Below are positions 1-8,805 of a DNA stretch of 64,000 bases, piece by piece. How positions within the stretch are numbered: position 1 is the stretch's first letter; every line of letters starts with the position of its first letter. Under the pieces are notes generated by a model. That model made no database searches and was not told where the DNA came from. It saw nothing but the letters and a program-made list of their open reading frames with translations. This stretch comes from a virus: the IMG/VR virus record IMGVR_UViG_3300042893_001481. One strand, given 5' to 3'. The position numbers were made by a program, and so were the translations under genes.

Positions 1-294
1 CTTAGAACACAATGGTATTTAGATATTTGTAATATAAAATACTTTATGTCTTCATTTATGAATATTTTTTCTGATGAAAAAATTATGAATCAACCAGATG
101 TAAAATATCTATATGAAATGGTTGATTTTTCTAAATTTTTACCGATAGAAGGTTTTTACGAATGGAATCGAGAACATTATCCTGTGGATGGTTTTAATGA
201 TTTAAAATTAGACTGGCATCCTAATGAGTTTGGTAATGTAAAACTCACTGAAGAAATAATAATTCCCCATTTAATAAAAAATAACATAATTTAA
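1..294 (+). CDS. SGNH/GDSL-like protein, 5'-truncated by window edge (paralog of next gene)
   Basis: Frame open from base 1 (LRTQWYLDICNIKYFMSSF) matches ILRTQWFLNKLGIKYFMTSY in 297..1097; C-terminal DWHPNEFG = SGNH block V (DxHP). Confidence 0.6.
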   Translation, partial: LRTQWYLDICNIKYFMSSFMNIFSDEKIMNQPDVKYLYEMVDFSKFLPIEGFYEWNREHYPVDGFNDLKLDWHPNEFGNVKLTEEIIIPHLIKNNII

Positions 295-296
295 TA

Positions 297-1097
297 ATGA
301 GTGAAAATAAGATTTTTATTGCGGCGGGGGGTGAGTTTGTTAATGACAAAAATAGTTGGCAACATATCTGTAAAGAAAAGTTAAATTATGAACTTCACGA
401 TTTAACAGAAGTAAAAATAAGTAACGCCATAATATCAAGAAAAATAATATATAAAGTCAATGAATTAATTAAAACACATAAAACAGAAGATATTATTGTT
501 GGAATTGTGTGGACAATACCTATGATACATGAAAGGTATATATCCAATGGTAAAAATGATGATTATATGGGTAAATCTGAAACGGGGTTTACAAGTGTGG
601 TGGACAATGTAAAAAATTGGAGAATTTTAAATCATGATAGTATTTCATCTTCTGAAGATTGTGAATTATATTTTAAAATTATATACAATAAACTGCAATC
701 ATATGTTTTAAGTTTGGAACACATATTAAGAACACAATGGTTTTTAAATAAGTTAGGAATTAAGTATTTTATGACATCATATGTAGATATTTTTCATTAT
801 GAAAAGAACTTTTTAAAAATGTATGATTTTTCAAAATTAACGGATTATAAAAGAGAATGTTATAGATTAAACATATTAGGTTATAATGAAGTCACTTACC
901 TACATGGAATGATAGATACAAGACAATTTTTACCCATATATAGTATGTTAGATTGGTTACAGGAAAATTGTGCAGATAATGGATTTAAGGATTCTGAAAA
1001 ATTAATTCCAAATGGTTTTGGACACGAGAAATTTGCAACTGAAGTCATAATTCCATACCTAAAAGAAAAAAACATAATTCATAATGAAATTATCTAA
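297..1097 (+). CDS. SGNH-like protein, probably catalytically degenerate
   Basis: FIAAGGEF at the G-[DC]-S position, SNAIISR, LIPNGFGH at the HP position; paralog of upstream gene. Confidence 0.55.
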   Translation: MSENKIFIAAGGEFVNDKNSWQHICKEKLNYELHDLTEVKISNAIISRKIIYKVNELIKTHKTEDIIVGIVWTIPMIHERYISNGKNDDYMGKSETGFTSVVDNVKNWRILNHDSISSSEDCELYFKIIYNKLQSYVLSLEHILRTQWFLNKLGIKYFMTSYVDIFHYEKNFLKMYDFSKLTDYKRECYRLNILGYNEVTYLHGMIDTRQFLPIYSMLDWLQENCADNGFKDSEKLIPNGFGHEKFATEVIIPYLKEKNIIHNEII

Positions 1098-1118
1098 AAT
1101 TTTTATTATATTATACCT

Positions 1119-1259
1119 ATGAAACTAATTTGTTTTGGAGATAGTTGGACTGCAGGACACGGAGGGGAATATAATGAAGGTGGATTTCATCCTAATTTAT
1201 TAGGATATAAAATAATTTCCGATTTTATTTACAATAAAATTGGATTTCAAACTAATTAA
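1119..1259 (+). pseudogene. 46-aa internally deleted SGNH hydrolase remnant (or mini-protein)
   Basis: Translates MKLICFGDSWTAGHGGEYNEGGFHPNLLGYKIISDFIYNKIGFQTN: block I and block V joined directly; both ends resemble 10485..11306. Confidence 0.65.
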
Positions 1260-1275
1260 AATAAAAGAATTTTAA

Positions 1276-2943
1276 ATGTACATAATTGGAATTTCAGCAT
1301 TTTATCACGATTCGTCTGTTTCTTTGTTTAGAGACAATCAATTGATATTTGCTTGTGAGGAGGAGAAATTTACAGGGATTAAACACGATAGTTCATTTCC
1401 CGTAATGGCTTTAGATTATATCTATAAAAACTACAAAATTACAGACAAAAATCTACAAGCTGTGTGTTACTATGAAGACCCTAAATTAAAACACGAAAGG
1501 GTAATTCAGAACATTAAACCCCAATGGTTTAAAAACCCACTATATTCTTTAAGGTCTTATTTAAAAATAAAGAATAACGCAAAGGAGATTGATAAAAGAT
1601 TAAAAGAATTATCACCAAATGTGTTTTATTCAACACATCACGAAGCTCATCTTTATTATTCATATTACACTTCTCATTATGAGAAAGCTATGTGTTTATC
1701 TGTTGACGGTGTGGGTGAACACGATACACTTTCATTAGGAATATGTGATTATGGTGGAATTGAATATGGTAGTATGGCTAAATATCCTCACTCATTGGGT
1801 TTATATTACACCGCAATGACTACATTCCTTGGATTCAGACCAAATGAAGGTGAATACAAATTGATGGGTTTAGCATCTTACGGAGACCCAAACATTTACT
1901 TAGATAAGGTGAGAAAATTAATTTCATACAAAAATTCAAGTTTACAATGTAATATGGATGTATTTGTTTGGAATAAGTCAGATAAAATAATGTTCAATGA
2001 AAAATTACCAGAACTACTTGGGATTGAACAAAGATTACCTGAAGAGAAAATTGAAACGATACATGAAAATTTAGCCGCTTCAATACAAAAAGTATATGAA
2101 GAGGTTTTATTTGAAATATTAAAAACTGTATCAATTATTAGTAACAGTAGTAATTTATGTTTGGGTGGGGGTTGTGCATACAATGGAACCGCTAACGGAA
2201 AGATTTTAGAAAATTCTACTTTTAAAAGTTTATGGATTCCACCAGCACCATCGGATGCGGGGTCTGCAATCGGTGCCGTGGTTCACTACCTTGTTAAAGA
2301 AAAAAAGATTAGAAGTAAAATAACAAGAAACCCATTTTTAGGACCTGAATATCTTTATAACGATATTAAAAAGTCAATACACGGATTAAATTATAAAAAT
2401 TTTGTTAGTGAGAAAGGTTTAGTGGAATATGTTGCAAAAAAATTAAATGAAGGTAAAGTTGTTGGTTGGTTTCATGGTCATATCGAATTTGGGTCTAGAG
2501 CTTTAGGTAACAGATCAATATTAGCGAACCCAACCTTAGACGACATGAAGGACAGGATTAATAGAGTTATTAAGAAAAGAGAAGGGTTTAGACCATTCGC
2601 ACCAATGGTTATTAAAGACGAACAAGAGGTCTATTTTGAGATGAATGGTGACATACCATACATGAACCAAGTGGTACAGGTTAAACCCGAATATAGGTCT
2701 AAATTAAAGGCGGTAACTCATGTTGACGGAACCGCAAGAGTACAAACGGTATTCAAACATTCTATGATGTATAAGTTATTGGAAGAGTTCAAAAAACATA
2801 GCGGATTTCCAATACTTTTGAACACATCGTTCAATGTTAAAGATAAGACCATGGTTCTAACCCCAAAAGACGCAATCGATACATTTTTCGATACGGAAAT
2901 GGATTTATTGGTTATGGGAAATTACGTAATATATAAAAAATAA
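1276..2943 (+). CDS. Carbamoyltransferase, NodU/CmcH family
   Basis: HDSS, EEEKFTGIKH, HHEAH, DGVGE, EYKLMGLASYG, GGCAYN, EFGSRALGNRS, FRPFAP, HVDGTARVQTV, LNTSFN. Confidence 0.95.
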   Translation: MYIIGISAFYHDSSVSLFRDNQLIFACEEEKFTGIKHDSSFPVMALDYIYKNYKITDKNLQAVCYYEDPKLKHERVIQNIKPQWFKNPLYSLRSYLKIKNNAKEIDKRLKELSPNVFYSTHHEAHLYYSYYTSHYEKAMCLSVDGVGEHDTLSLGICDYGGIEYGSMAKYPHSLGLYYTAMTTFLGFRPNEGEYKLMGLASYGDPNIYLDKVRKLISYKNSSLQCNMDVFVWNKSDKIMFNEKLPELLGIEQRLPEEKIETIHENLAASIQKVYEEVLFEILKTVSIISNSSNLCLGGGCAYNGTANGKILENSTFKSLWIPPAPSDAGSAIGAVVHYLVKEKKIRSKITRNPFLGPEYLYNDIKKSIHGLNYKNFVSEKGLVEYVAKKLNEGKVVGWFHGHIEFGSRALGNRSILANPTLDDMKDRINRVIKKREGFRPFAPMVIKDEQEVYFEMNGDIPYMNQVVQVKPEYRSKLKAVTHVDGTARVQTVFKHSMMYKLLEEFKKHSGFPILLNTSFNVKDKTMVLTPKDAIDTFFDTEMDLLVMGNYVIYKK

Positions 2944-2948
2944 AACAT

Positions 2949-3065
2949 ATGATGAAGTTAATTAATTGGATTAAGAAGTATTTTGCCGACCGAAAAAGAA
3001 AAAAAGAATTTAAGAAGAAATTAGAGGAACTACGTAAAAGAGACCCATTTACCTACAACCACTAA
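2949..3065 (+). CDS. Small basic protein (38 aa) downstream of carbamoyltransferase
   Basis: MMKLINWIKKYFADRKRKKEFKKKLEELRKRDPFTYNH; fills the gap after the carbamoyltransferase. Confidence 0.6.
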   Translation: MMKLINWIKKYFADRKRKKEFKKKLEELRKRDPFTYNH

Positions 3066-3128
3066 GATGATAAAAATCATCTATTAATTATTTGATTTTT
3101 TAGATTTTTTTACCTATATTATAGTATT

Positions 3129-3563
3129 ATGATATATTGGTTTACAGGTCAACCCGGTGCAGGAAAAACTACATTGGCTAAACATTTAGTCACGTATTTT
3201 GAAAATAAAAATGTGATTCACATTGATGGAGATGATTTGCGTGACATCTTTCAAAATAAAGATTACTCAGAATTCGGTAGAAGAAAAAATATCGAAAGAG
3301 CCCAAGATATTGCTCGATTCATGAGTCAAAAAGGATTCAACGTTATTGTTTCGTTGGTGTCACCATACCGCGACCAACGAGAAGAATTCAAAGAAAATAA
3401 TCAAGTTAAAGAAATATATGTTCACACGACAGACGAAAGAGGTCGTGAAAATTTTCATGTGACCGATTATGAAACCCCTAATAATAATTTCATAGATATT
3501 GATACCACCAATAAAAAAGAGGTGGATTCATTCATCGAACTAACAGTTAAATTAGATATATGA
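3129..3563 (+). CDS. cysC: Adenylylsulfate (APS) kinase
   Basis: WFTGQPGAGKTT P-loop, IDGDDLR, GRRKNIER, SLVSPYRDQR. Confidence 0.9.
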   Translation: MIYWFTGQPGAGKTTLAKHLVTYFENKNVIHIDGDDLRDIFQNKDYSEFGRRKNIERAQDIARFMSQKGFNVIVSLVSPYRDQREEFKENNQVKEIYVHTTDERGRENFHVTDYETPNNNFIDIDTTNKKEVDSFIELTVKLDI

Positions 3564-3940
3564 GTAAAAAATACGCAATGTACATCGGAAGATGGCAAAA
3601 TTGGCACAAAGGACATGAGTGGTTAATCAACCAACAATTAAATCAAGGTAAAAATGTTTGGGTTGCAATTAGAAATGTTGACCAAGACGAGAATAATCCT
3701 AAAACGGCACAAGAAATTTTAAAGGAATTATCAAATGAACCTTTCTTTACAAATAATTTTGATAAAATTTTATTATCAATTATACCCGACATTGAATCGG
3801 TAAATTATGGTAGAGGAGTTGGTTATGATGTAATTTACCATGAACCACCTGCAGATGTTGCAGTTATAAGTGGAACGGCCATTAGGACTGGTCACATGAC
3901 ACCTGATGGTGAAATTAAATATGACCAAACTAAAGGATAA
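3560..3940 (+). CDS. HxGH-type nucleotidyltransferase (cytidylyltransferase-like)
   Basis: IGRWQNWHKGH, YGRGVGY, ISGTAIR. Confidence 0.75.
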   Translation: MSKKYAMYIGRWQNWHKGHEWLINQQLNQGKNVWVAIRNVDQDENNPKTAQEILKELSNEPFFTNNFDKILLSIIPDIESVNYGRGVGYDVIYHEPPADVAVISGTAIRTGHMTPDGEIKYDQTKG

Positions 3941-4149
3941 TGATAGTAGAACGTAAGAGACACATAGCAAAAACCATCTCATATCGTATTGTAAGTACGT
4001 TAATTGGTTTCCTATTAATGTGGTTGATAAGTGGATCAATTAAAGTCGGTGCTGCGTTTGGTGTTGCGGAATTGATTTATAAACCGATACAATACTATTT
4101 TCATGAGAGAATTTGGTATAAATGGATCAAGTACGGACTTAAAAAATAA
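3940..4149 (+). CDS. DUF2061-like small membrane protein
   Basis: KTISYRI...YYFHERIW with hydrophobic helices. Confidence 0.75.
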   Translation: MIVERKRHIAKTISYRIVSTLIGFLLMWLISGSIKVGAAFGVAELIYKPIQYYFHERIWYKWIKYGLKK

Positions 4150-4154
4150 AATAT

Positions 4155-4718
4155 ATGATTGGTAATATAGATATATTTGAAAACTTCCTGTCACCTGAAG
4201 AGTGTGATTCCATTTTAAATAAATGCAAACAAGAATTAATATTATCAGGTGCGGAGGTATATACTGGTGATTCTAATACCATACCTACTAAAAAAAATAG
4301 AAAATCATCAGTTGGTTGGATATCCGATTTAGGATTTTTAAATGAGAGATTAACAAATAAATTACGAGAAACTTTCAATATAAATGGTATGGAAGTTACG
4401 GGATTGGGAGATTACCAATTTACCGAATATAAAGAAGGTGAATATTTTGACTGGCACACCGATAGTACTGATGTTATATATAGAGATAGATTTACATCAA
4501 TAGTAATTCAGTTAAATGACACATACAAAGGTGGTGTATTAGAAATTAAAAATATTAAAGGTGAAATAGTACCAGTAGAAAATAAAATTGGAACGTTGTA
4601 TATTTTTAATTCAAGGTTACTTCATAGAGTAGTTCCAGTAATTGAGGGTGTACGTTATTCGTTAGTTAATTGGATATCATTGGTTAAAACCGATTTTAAA
4701 AAACAAAATTTAATATGA
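4155..4718 (+). CDS. 2OG-Fe(II) oxygenase (prolyl-hydroxylase-like)
   Basis: FLSPEEC, WHTD, GGVL, LHRVVPV, GVRYSLVNW. Confidence 0.9.
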   Translation: MIGNIDIFENFLSPEECDSILNKCKQELILSGAEVYTGDSNTIPTKKNRKSSVGWISDLGFLNERLTNKLRETFNINGMEVTGLGDYQFTEYKEGEYFDWHTDSTDVIYRDRFTSIVIQLNDTYKGGVLEIKNIKGEIVPVENKIGTLYIFNSRLLHRVVPVIEGVRYSLVNWISLVKTDFKKQNLI

Positions 4719-5332
4719 TAAACGGGTACCACATATTTGATGATATAATTCCAGAATTAAATCAAAATAAATTAGAAGAGTATGTAAAACTTTCAAATTT
4801 AAAGTGGAATTATCAACACAATATTACCGGTCAATATGGAGGAACGGAATCATTAAAATTACCTGCAAATGTTTTAAAAGGTATTGACATTAATGATAAT
4901 GATATTGTTAATATTATAAATTCAATAAAATTAAACTTATTGAATAAACTTAATGTTGAATTTCTGAGGGATTATAGATGTAAGATAAATTGGACTGTAC
5001 CGATAATTGAAAATTATGATTTTAAAAATTTAATACATGTTGACATGGATGTTAATCATATTGCGATTGTTTACTACATAAATAATTCCGATGGAAATAC
5101 TATTTTTTTAAACAATAAAAATGGTATTTCATCAGAATCTCGACAAAGTAATTTTATGAATATTAATATGGATGAATTTGAGATAGTAAATAGTGTACCC
5201 CCCAAAAAAGGAAGAGCAGTCATATTCAATGGTAACATTTATCACTATGGTGAATACCCAACTACAACCGATAGATTCGTAATTAATTTTGATTTAGTTG
5301 GTAAAGATAAGAATAAAAATAATTTATTATAA
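4715..5332 (+). CDS. 2OG-Fe(II) oxygenase
   Basis: IHVD, YYINNSDGNT, PKKGRAVIFNG.IYH, RFVINF. Confidence 0.8.
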   Translation: MINGYHIFDDIIPELNQNKLEEYVKLSNLKWNYQHNITGQYGGTESLKLPANVLKGIDINDNDIVNIINSIKLNLLNKLNVEFLRDYRCKINWTVPIIENYDFKNLIHVDMDVNHIAIVYYINNSDGNTIFLNNKNGISSESRQSNFMNINMDEFEIVNSVPPKKGRAVIFNGNIYHYGEYPTTTDRFVINFDLVGKDKNKNNLL

Positions 5333-5796
5333 TGGAAAAACGAGTTACACTTTTTAAAAATTTTTTATCCGTTGAGGAATGTGATACTCTTTTAAACACA
5401 TATAAAAACGAAACATTTGTGGATAGTGAATTTCTAAATAAAAAATTAAAAAATTATTTAGAAAAAATAAAATTTAATGGAAGTAGTGTAAGTGTAAATG
5501 AAATAAAAATTTACAATATATCTACCGAAAATACAAATGCATCATTTTTAGAAGAACCCAAATATGATATTACATTACTAATATCATTAAATTCCGATTT
5601 TGAAGGTGGAAGATTTATTTTCTTAAACAAAGATATTGATAAAAATATGCATATGGACAATTCACCAGGAGACATGATAGTTTTCTTTTCAAACATTAAT
5701 TATGGAAGTGGTAAAATAATCAATGGTACAAAATATTATTTAAAAATTGGCACTAACAATGTTTTAGATTCACAAATAACCAAATCACTTATTTAA
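5332..5796 (+). CDS. 2OG-Fe(II) oxygenase fold, metal ligands apparently lost
   Basis: FLSVEEC, LNSDFEGG, GDMIVF, GTKYYL retained; no HxD and distal His replaced. Confidence 0.6.
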   Translation: MEKRVTLFKNFLSVEECDTLLNTYKNETFVDSEFLNKKLKNYLEKIKFNGSSVSVNEIKIYNISTENTNASFLEEPKYDITLLISLNSDFEGGRFIFLNKDIDKNMHMDNSPGDMIVFFSNINYGSGKIINGTKYYLKIGTNNVLDSQITKSLI

Positions 5797-5801
5797 TTTT
5801 T

Positions 5802-6446
5802 ATGGAAAAAGTAATGTACGATACGAAAACATATCTTTACAGAGATATATTAAATCTTTCAGATTTTAAAGATGAGATTTTAAAAAAGTGTAATGAAATT
5901 ATAGAAAGTCTACCAAATGTTACTCAAGATGGTTATGGGTATTTTGAAGAAAGTAAAGATTTAAATTTCATAGGTGAAATTGAAATTAAAAATAAATTAG
6001 ATGAAATTTTAAAGTTTGGAATTCAATCATGTATTGATGTGTACCAACTTGAGTATAATTTACCATTTAATAAAATTAGTACAGATTGTTGGGTAAATGT
6101 GGTTAGAGCTAAAAATCCTGTACAATTTGATGACATTGAAAGTGAATTACATCAATATCATATACACACTGAGATAAATGAAAAAAATAAAAAATTCATA
6201 CCACATTTTACGTGGGTGTATTATATTCAAATGCCCGATAATTTAAAAGATGATGATGGTACTTTATATATTAAAGGTGAAAATGATATTGAATATTTTA
6301 TTTTACCAAAAGAAGGTGATTTTATAATAATGAAATCAGATTTACCTCACTCACCACAACATGCGTTAGACTCAACAAAAGATAGAATGGTATTGGCTGG
6401 AAATGTTGGATTTGAATTTATTAAAAAACAAAAATCATTGATATAA
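5802..6446 (+). CDS. 2OG-Fe(II) oxygenase-like protein (HxH type)
   Basis: WVN, HIH, VYYIQMP, PKEGDFIIM..DLPH, DRMVLAGN. Confidence 0.75.
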   Translation: MEKVMYDTKTYLYRDILNLSDFKDEILKKCNEIIESLPNVTQDGYGYFEESKDLNFIGEIEIKNKLDEILKFGIQSCIDVYQLEYNLPFNKISTDCWVNVVRAKNPVQFDDIESELHQYHIHTEINEKNKKFIPHFTWVYYIQMPDNLKDDDGTLYIKGENDIEYFILPKEGDFIIMKSDLPHSPQHALDSTKDRMVLAGNVGFEFIKKQKSLI

Positions 6447-6447
6447 T

Positions 6448-7677
6448 ATGGAATATAGTTTAGATAAAATTGTTATAGTTGGGGGAGGTACGGCGGGATG
6501 GTTATCCGCATTGTACTTAAATAGTAAATTTAAAAATTCAAAAATAACATTAATTGAGAGTGATGAAATTGGAATATTAGGGGCAGGAGAAGGAACAACT
6601 GGCAATATAGTAAAATTTTTAAATAATTTAGGAATTTCGCCTGATGATATGATTAATAACTGTGAGGCAACATTTAAAACAGGTATCGATTTTGAAAATT
6701 GGACAAAGCCCGGTTCGATATTTACTCACCCAATAGATTATAAACCAAAGGGTGATGGATATGCATATCATTTTAATGCTAGGTTATTAGTAAAATATCT
6801 TAAATCATTAGCAATAGAACGAGGTGTTAATTGGATTGAAGGAATTGTAACTGAACCAATTTTAAATGATACGAATCAAATTATTGGACTTAAAACAATT
6901 GATACAATGATTGATGCTAGCTTTGTTATTGATTGTAGTGGATTTAAACGATTATTGATTGGTAATCATTATAAATCAAATTGGATTTCATATGAAGAAC
7001 ATCTAAAAGTAAATACAGCAATTCCATTTTTTTTACCAACCAATAGTATAAACATCCGTACAACAACCAAATCTATTGCAATGAAATATGGATGGATGTG
7101 GCAAATCCCATTACAAAGTAGAAGGGGATGTGGGTATATATTCGATTCAACTGAAATTAGTGAGGATGAAGCTAAAAAAGAAATAATTGAATTCTTAGGT
7201 GCCGATGTTGATATTCAGTTTAATAAACCAATTAAATTTAAACCGGGTTCATATGAAAATGTATGGATTGAAAATTGTTTAGCAATCGGTTTAAGTGGAG
7301 GGTTTTTAGAACCATTAGAGGCAACATCAATAATGACTACAATTTTACAATTAGAGGCATTTTATGATACTACTTTAAAAAAAATGACATTGAAAAAATA
7401 TAATAAATTTGTAAATACAATCAATACTCAAAATATGATTTTTATTTATTATCATTATTTAACAAATAGAACCGATAGTACTTTTTGGAAAAAAGTTTCA
7501 GCTGCCGCAGCTGACTTACCATATCCGTTGGATTTATTAATAGATTCATCATATAATTTTAAACCAAAAAAACAATTGGTCGAATTATTTGAAAAGGACT
7601 CAACTATTATATTTGGTTCGTTTTCATATAATAAAATAAATAAAGGTATTAAACAAACCCAACCCCCATTGATATAA
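6448..7677 (+). CDS. Flavin-dependent tryptophan-halogenase-family protein
   Basis: GGGTAGW, GAGEGT, ATFKTGI (catalytic Lys), IDCSGF, WMWQIP, GFLEPLEAT. Confidence 0.9.
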   Translation: MEYSLDKIVIVGGGTAGWLSALYLNSKFKNSKITLIESDEIGILGAGEGTTGNIVKFLNNLGISPDDMINNCEATFKTGIDFENWTKPGSIFTHPIDYKPKGDGYAYHFNARLLVKYLKSLAIERGVNWIEGIVTEPILNDTNQIIGLKTIDTMIDASFVIDCSGFKRLLIGNHYKSNWISYEEHLKVNTAIPFFLPTNSINIRTTTKSIAMKYGWMWQIPLQSRRGCGYIFDSTEISEDEAKKEIIEFLGADVDIQFNKPIKFKPGSYENVWIENCLAIGLSGGFLEPLEATSIMTTILQLEAFYDTTLKKMTLKKYNKFVNTINTQNMIFIYYHYLTNRTDSTFWKKVSAAAADLPYPLDLLIDSSYNFKPKKQLVELFEKDSTIIFGSFSYNKINKGIKQTQPPLI

Positions 7678-8406
7678 ATGTTAATAGAAAACAAATTTTT
7701 ATTTATTAGTTTACCAAGATGTGCCTCCACATCCTTTTATATTTCCTGTTTAAGAAATGGTTTGGATGTAAAACATGTTGACCAAAATTTTGTAAATGGA
7801 TATAGTAATAGAATTGATTTAAGTTTAGATAATGAATCTCTTGCCGATAGATTGGTACATTTACATGAGACTATATACGATTTAAAAAACCATTTTGGGA
7901 ATGATTATGAGGTAATTACAATAAAAAGAAATAGACATGAAAGATTTATTTCGGTTTGGAAACATTTAATTGATATGATTTACATGGATTATGGTAAAAA
8001 ATATGGTGACATATTAAAAGAGTTAAATGAAGAAGATATTTTTTTTTATAAAAATACCGATATTATCAATATTAATGACATGTATAAAATGATTGATAAG
8101 TTTATAAAAAAAATTGGTTTGAATGAAATATATGATGAATATATACAAAATATGTTTAAAATAACATTTCACCCAACATCACATTGGCATAATAATGACT
8201 CAAATATAAAATGGTTTGAGTTTGGAAAATTTGATGAATTAGAAGAATGGGTTTCAAATAAAATTGGTAAACCATTTAAAATGGAAAAATCAAATGGAAG
8301 TCAACATTTCGAGTGCAATTTAAAAATGAATGATAAGTTTGTCACCCATTACAATTCTATTTATGATAGGTATGATATTTTTAAATCAAACAAAACATTG
8401 ATATGA
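7678..8406 (+). CDS. Sulfotransferase-family protein
   Basis: FISLPRCASTS (5'-PSB-like) and RNRHERFISVW (3'-PB-like). Confidence 0.7.
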   Translation: MLIENKFLFISLPRCASTSFYISCLRNGLDVKHVDQNFVNGYSNRIDLSLDNESLADRLVHLHETIYDLKNHFGNDYEVITIKRNRHERFISVWKHLIDMIYMDYGKKYGDILKELNEEDIFFYKNTDIININDMYKMIDKFIKKIGLNEIYDEYIQNMFKITFHPTSHWHNNDSNIKWFEFGKFDELEEWVSNKIGKPFKMEKSNGSQHFECNLKMNDKFVTHYNSIYDRYDIFKSNKTLI

Positions 8407-8708
8407 TAGATTTTAAAGATATTTATGAATCTTGGAAAAAATCAGGAAACCCCACCGATATTGAAAAGCAACATGCGTTCGAAAGGTTGTCAATATGTAA
8501 GGGTACCACCACCGCACCAAAATGTGAATATTATGTTGAAATTGTTAAGAATAAAAAGTGGTCATCTTTATGTGTAAGTTGTGGATGTCCCATACCTAAA
8601 AAAATATTTACAAATAAAACACCATCCTGTCCAAAAAATAAATGGGACATCATCGACCTTAATTACAACACTAATATTGTGATAAAAAACAAAAAAACCA
8701 TTTTATAA
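8403..8708 (+). CDS. Small Cys-rich putative metal-binding protein
   Basis: RLSIC...C...CVSCGC...K...CPKNKW. Confidence 0.65.
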   Translation: MIDFKDIYESWKKSGNPTDIEKQHAFERLSICKGTTTAPKCEYYVEIVKNKKWSSLCVSCGCPIPKKIFTNKTPSCPKNKWDIIDLNYNTNIVIKNKKTIL

Positions 8709-8771
8709 CGTATATACATATATATTATAAATAAATTTTTGAAAATGAATATTTATTATTCCCTTTTAAGA

Positions 8772-8779
8772 TATTTATA
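8772..8779 (+). promoter_or_regulatory. TATTTATA putative late-promoter motif upstream of ATP-grasp-Hint gene
   Basis: Same motif precedes the tail fibre and putative head-protein genes in this window. Confidence 0.5.
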
Positions 8780-8805
8780 AGTATATTTAAAATAAATAAA
8801 GATTT

